DNA of 56,808 nt, filler included, from Catajapyx aquilonaris (lineage: Eukaryota): the NCBI GenBank assembly GCA_000934665.2. It is 3 parts of 3 records of this genome, joined end to end, with 100 filler letters (N's around TTAATTAATTAA, not from the genome) between each part and the next. Parts side by side here need not be neighbours in the genome. Positions count along the whole stretch, not along the records: positions 37,979 to 56,808 come from JYFJ02006601.1; 2 more parts are not named here. One strand, 5' to 3'. Made by a program: the position numbers and the translations under genes. The notes under the pieces were generated by a model that was not told where the DNA came from, did no database searches, and saw only the letters and a list, made by a program, of their open reading frames with translations. Positions 52,161-56,808 of the stretch are shown here, piece by piece. Within the stretch, counting starts at the first letter, position 1, and the number at the start of each line of letters is the position of its first letter.

Positions 52161-54223
52161 AGAGCAATGGTGGGATAATGCTATTAGTAAAAAAAGAGTG
52201 CCAACCTAAACTGATTTATTGTTCAGCCTAGTCAATAGTAATTAGCGTAAATGCACATGCAGGAGAAGATACGTATAATATTGTTATTAAGTTACTGACT
52301 CAAACCGTAATGGTATACTAATTCTAAATCAGTATCTTATACTACGCCTGAGTGTTCCAGAGTAAGAGGAAAAAGCCGCCAATACCTCTGGGAGAATTGC
52401 TGGTAAGTGCCCATTCAGTTCCCTCCATCTGCCACTTTCTTGACTCCCTGCTGAGGTACTATAACACGCATAAGAAAATGGCAGTTGAATTACGGTTGAA
52501 GTGGACTTCAATTTTGCAATTGTTCATTCAGTAATCAGAGCATTTTGTGTAGAAGATCTCGTTCAATATATGGAAAGGTCATGGGAAGCATGCATTTGTC
52601 CATCAAGTACAGTACATTCCAAGGGACATGATTGTGTGCATATATTTGCAATGCTCATGCAAAACATGCCTTTTCACTATTACTTACTAGGAAGGGAGTG
52701 CCAAAAAATATTTTAACAGCTTTTACCTACATGTCTTCACAATGTTATACAGGAAGAAACTTCCATAAAAGCTGAAACTGATATTTTTGACACTTACTGT
52801 TTTATATTATATTCAGACCTTGAATCAGAGGAAGTGCAAATATGTTATACAGTATAACATAGAAATGCTCTGTAGAAAACCTTGATTACAAATTAGACTT
52901 TAACTATAATGTTAATTGCTATGTCATTGGTAGAGAAGGGAACTTAAATTTTTAAGAGGAAAGTCCCCATTTTATAGGCACTTCCAAGTCATCGCCAATA
53001 ACGCCAGTAACAAAGCAATGTCACAAAATGAGTAATGAGAAGCCTACTACCTAATCCATTACGGAGTACAAATGCTGTCGATATTCTTTTGAAGAACTAT
53101 TTGTCATACTTTTGCTTGTGGCGTGCTGTTATAATGTATATAAAAAAGGTATTAGGGGTATTAAAAGAAGCAGCAATTCACTACTCGAGGGCCACTTTAA
53201 TTACATAAAGAAGTACTTGATGAATAGGAAATTGTGGAAAACACCAGGCAGATTTCTAAGAAATCTAATTAACAGAATAGATGGGTAATTAAAAATACAC
53301 AAGTACGACCTTCCAGGCTTACGACCTTACGAATTTACAGGCCTAGTAAAAAGCGAGTCCTAAAATGAGCAGGTGACAGATCGGAAGAAGCGTGGCAAAA
53401 GCGTGGGCAAAAGAAATGAAAGTCCATTCCGTCACACAAAACTCCCCCCAAAAAAGTGTCTATAGGCCAAACTGAATCGCGATTGTTCAAACTCGCTTGT
53501 AAGTTGGGTTTGAGTGTCCAAGACACGGTTAAATGAATAGTGTGACTATAGAAGAAAGCAGAGCTCTAGAAGCGCCACTAACCCCTAACCTGTTGAATTG
53601 TTTAGAAGATTTATGTGGAGCCTCGTCATAACCAAGAAATGCAAACCCGTATTTGAACAAAACAGTAGTATTAATGAATGTGAATATTCTCTAATATTTC
53701 TAGATAAATAAACAGTATACAATATCAGCTCAGTTTTAGAAACATCCTAACATCATAGATTTTATTTATTTTTAAATCTTACCCCGTTGAATACTTTTCA
53801 AGGAATTATCCTTACGACCTGTAATGGTTGTGGCACTTGTATTTCATAATTTGTTCATAATTCCAGCGTTCCAACAGTTACTTGGTTAACATGTCCGAGC
53901 TGTTTCACGGTCCATCTGGTATATGTTGGAGAGGTTGCTTGGTGGAGTGCGGATGAGAATGTGACACAACATATTATGCTGCTCATGTTACAGTATGTTA
54001 CATAGGGTTTGAATTATACATGCAAACTGCATGTTTGGAAAATTATGATGTTTATTAGCAAAAAGGAATGCGTTTTAGGGGTATAATATTTTATTTAAGG
54101 AGAGAGGAACTTCTGTTCTATCACAAATTCAGAAATGGAAGTTTCAATTTACGAAAATGCAAGCTAAAGAAAGGCACGTATACTTATTGGCACCAACATT
54201 TAAAACTGGTTCCAATCATCAAC

Positions 54224-54736
54224 TCATTGCCTCTTTTCAAGTTTCAGCCACACTCCCTCTTTGGCCTTAATCAGAACAGAAATTAAGGCATATTTCATGG
54301 GAATCGTAGTCTTCTCGGTCGGATGCAGACGGAAGTTCAGGATGGTGTAAGCCAGGATTGTTTTGGCTTGCATCAGAGCGAACCGCATTCCTATTCAGGA
54401 AGTCAAGAACCAACATTAGCAATTTACACCGATTATACGTATAGATACTATGACATTAACATACTAATGGCAATCTTGTCATACCTATGCAATTTCTAGG
54501 TCCATGTCCAAAAGGTTGATAAACGTATGGGGACCTCTTTGCCTTCTCTTCTGAGCTGAATCTCTCAGGATCAAACTTCGTCGGATTGGGGAAATAACGC
54601 TCGTCGCGATGTACAGCGAATATAGGAAACATCACTATCGACCCATTCTTAATGGTCCCATCTGTCCCGGGCACCTGATAATCTTTGTTGCAGAATCTTG
54701 CTGTCCTACCTGCAGGAGGGTGAAGACGTAGTGTTT
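54224..54736 (-). CDS. Cytochrome P450, clan 3, gene C, 5'-partial; exons 54736-54485 and 54390-54224
   Basis: ETLRLHPPAG...FDPERF...FGHGPRNCIG|MRFALMQAK...VWLKLEKRQ*, with the same 252-nt and 167-nt exon sizes as the B genes. Exons 1-2 are not in the window. Confidence 0.92.
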
Positions 54737-55194
54737 CTGAAATAGGACAGTTTCATAGCATGAATTAATAAAAGAGCATCATGCCCCTCACGTTGACAAA
54801 AATGACCAGATTGACTTATGTGGCACAGTACATAGAATGGTTTATCAGTCCAGATATTGCCTTGCAGGTCTATCCCACACGCACACTTCGAACGCAATTT
54901 CTACCATCGCTGATCACACGTCAGTAGACTAAGAAGGGGCCAACAAATAAAATATATTGATCCCTTCCAATATGCAAAATATACGAAAAGGCACCCGTTC
55001 CACAGCATATTTAAGTAGAGTACAGTACTTAGGCAACTTTATCGTTACGAATATATTGCAAACTTTACGAGAAATAATTCAAATCATCCAGGACTTACGA
55101 TCACTTATATGCCATGTTATTAATGTTGCATATAATGATAGTTATTATTATCGCCACAGTATTATTATCACCGATTGTGACAATTTTCTTACCA

Positions 55195-55195
<1 letters not shown>

Positions 55196-55270
<75 letters not shown>
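55196..55270. repeat. (ATT)n microsatellite
   Basis: About 25 perfect units. Confidence 0.97.
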
Positions 55271-56520
55271 GGGAAAAGTTTTCAACTAGCAATAATCGCC
55301 CCTCGTTTGGACCTCATTGGGTACGATATCGCCACTGCGCAAAGCTCGATGAGGTGCAAGGGTGGTGCCATACACGTCGGCGTGGCCAGGGCGTCCGGAG
55401 TAGTGGCTGGTGGCGAGGGGGCTTGATTTGGCGAAGTACCGCATTGCATAGTGTAATATTTAACCCTTTGATGGCGACGGACATCATATGATGTCCTGCT
55501 GGTTTTTGAACTGGGAGCGCTAGAGTTTACACAAAAATGGCGCAGTTTGAGGCTCACAACGAGATAGAATAGGGTAGAGGCCGTATAAAGGTCGGACATC
55601 TTTGAAGCAAAATGGCGGTCATCGGGCGGCCCTGACACTTCACGGAAAGAACTTTGAAATAGTAGTATTTCTGACCCTGTTCTCCTCTCCTGCCTCCTGG
55701 CGGGACTAGGAAGAAAAGGCTGTCTGGAGACGTTTTTATTTATTCCCACCCCCCGCCAGGAGGCAGGAGTGTAGGCAGAGGAGAACAGGGTTAGAAATAC
55801 GGCAATTTCAAGTGCGCGCATGTTCTTGCCGTGAAGTAGCATGGCCGCCAAAGATCACGTGACCTTTACGGCCTCTACCCTATTCTATCTCGTTGGAGGC
55901 TCAAACTGCTCCTACCACCTCGTGGAAGGGGGCTCAACCATCATGGCGTAGGCTAATCAGTTTTCCCGCCTCCCAGCGGGAGCTAAGCATACCCCTTCCC
56001 GCCTGAAAGTTTTTGACAACATGCGACGTCTGGACTCGTAGTAATTTCTCAAAGTACAGTGTTTTAGTAGTATTATGTAACCACAGTAACAATTTTATAG
56101 TGACGTTAAAAATTTAAATAAATTTAATTACGTTTCAAGTTAATTGCACGTTAAAAAAATTTCTGGACCACCCTGCAGATGAATTTTTCGGCATTTTACA
56201 GTCAAAAGGACCACCACGAGTTGAAATAATAAATATTGGAGCATATTGTTTTTCATTAATATTACTCCTACTAGATTTTTTTCATAAAGAGACTAAAATA
56301 TGGCCAAAAAACTCCGCCATCAAAGGGTTAAATTTAATATTCAGTGTCTGTCGTCTGAGATGGGCAGGGGTGGGGGGTGGGACGGTCTGTTTATAGTTTC
56401 ATTTTCACAAGTTTTAATTTAGTTCATAATTATATTGGGTTAGCTTGTGTCTCCCTTCATCGCTGACTACCCCTCATAGGGAAATGTCGTGTTGTTGTTG
56501 TTGTTGTTGTTGTTGATGTT
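55271..56520 (+). mobile_element. 5'-truncated LINE-like 3' end (copy 2), interrupted by a piggyBac MITE
   Basis: Joining 55463 to 56332 restores the sequence seen at about 31545-31773, including the (GTT)n tail. Confidence 0.7.
55464..56327. mobile_element. Non-autonomous piggyBac element, 864 bp
   Basis: TTAA|CCCTTTGATGGCG ... CGCCATCAAAGGG|TTAA: perfect 13-bp TIRs and a TTAA TSD. It contains an inner inverted pair of about 50 bp at 55542-55593 and 55861-55909. Confidence 0.92.
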
Positions 56521-56640
56521 GTATTATTATTATAATTATTAATGTTATTATTATTATTAATGTCATTATTATTAATATTATTATTATTAATGTCATTATT
56601 AATAATATTATTATTATTAATGTTATTATTATTAATAGTG

Positions 56641-56679
<39 letters not shown>
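56521..56679. repeat. Degenerate (TTA)n / low-complexity tract
   Basis: TTA repeats interspersed with TTAATGTCA-like variants. Confidence 0.92.
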
Positions 56680-56682
<3 letters not shown>

Positions 56683-56808
56683 GCTGCCCGTCTGAACAGT
56701 CGCAAGTTCAGGGTGTTCCTGCTCCATCATGGCCAATACACCGTCGCCTGGGAGACTGCTGTCAACAACACCGCCCGGTGAGATAGAGTCTGCCTGGGGG
56801 ATTGGTTG

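Noticed and set aside
54957..56781. Poly-Leu, poly-Tyr and poly-Asn ORFs and the 189-aa ORF at 55282-55851
   Set aside because: Translations of (TTA)n tracts and of MITE/LINE sequence, with no transposase motifs.

Overview
Eukaryotic, probably arthropod, genomic DNA. It is not one continuous locus: two artificial 100-bp spacers (44N + TTAATTAATTAA + 44N, at 18869-18968 and 37879-37978) join three pieces of about 18.9 kb each. Piece 1 (1-18868) holds the last four coding exons of a TASK-type two-pore K+ channel (Task6-like, minus strand). Its 5' exons are not visible, and six perfect CRE palindromes lie in its introns. Piece 2 (18969-37878) holds two convergent multi-C2H2 zinc-finger genes with internal tandem repeats, twin palindromes centred on CTTATATAAG, and many TIR elements and retroelement relics. 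One TIR element carries a tRNA-like Pol III cassette. Piece 3 (37979-56808) is a minus-strand tandem cluster of five clan-3 cytochrome P450 genes with matching exon structure. Three are intact, one is a 5'-deleted and frameshifted pseudogene, and one is cut off by the window end. The three intact genes share a promoter motif set, and nested transposons lie around them. No prokaryotic features or CRISPR arrays were seen. All calls are by eye, without database searches.
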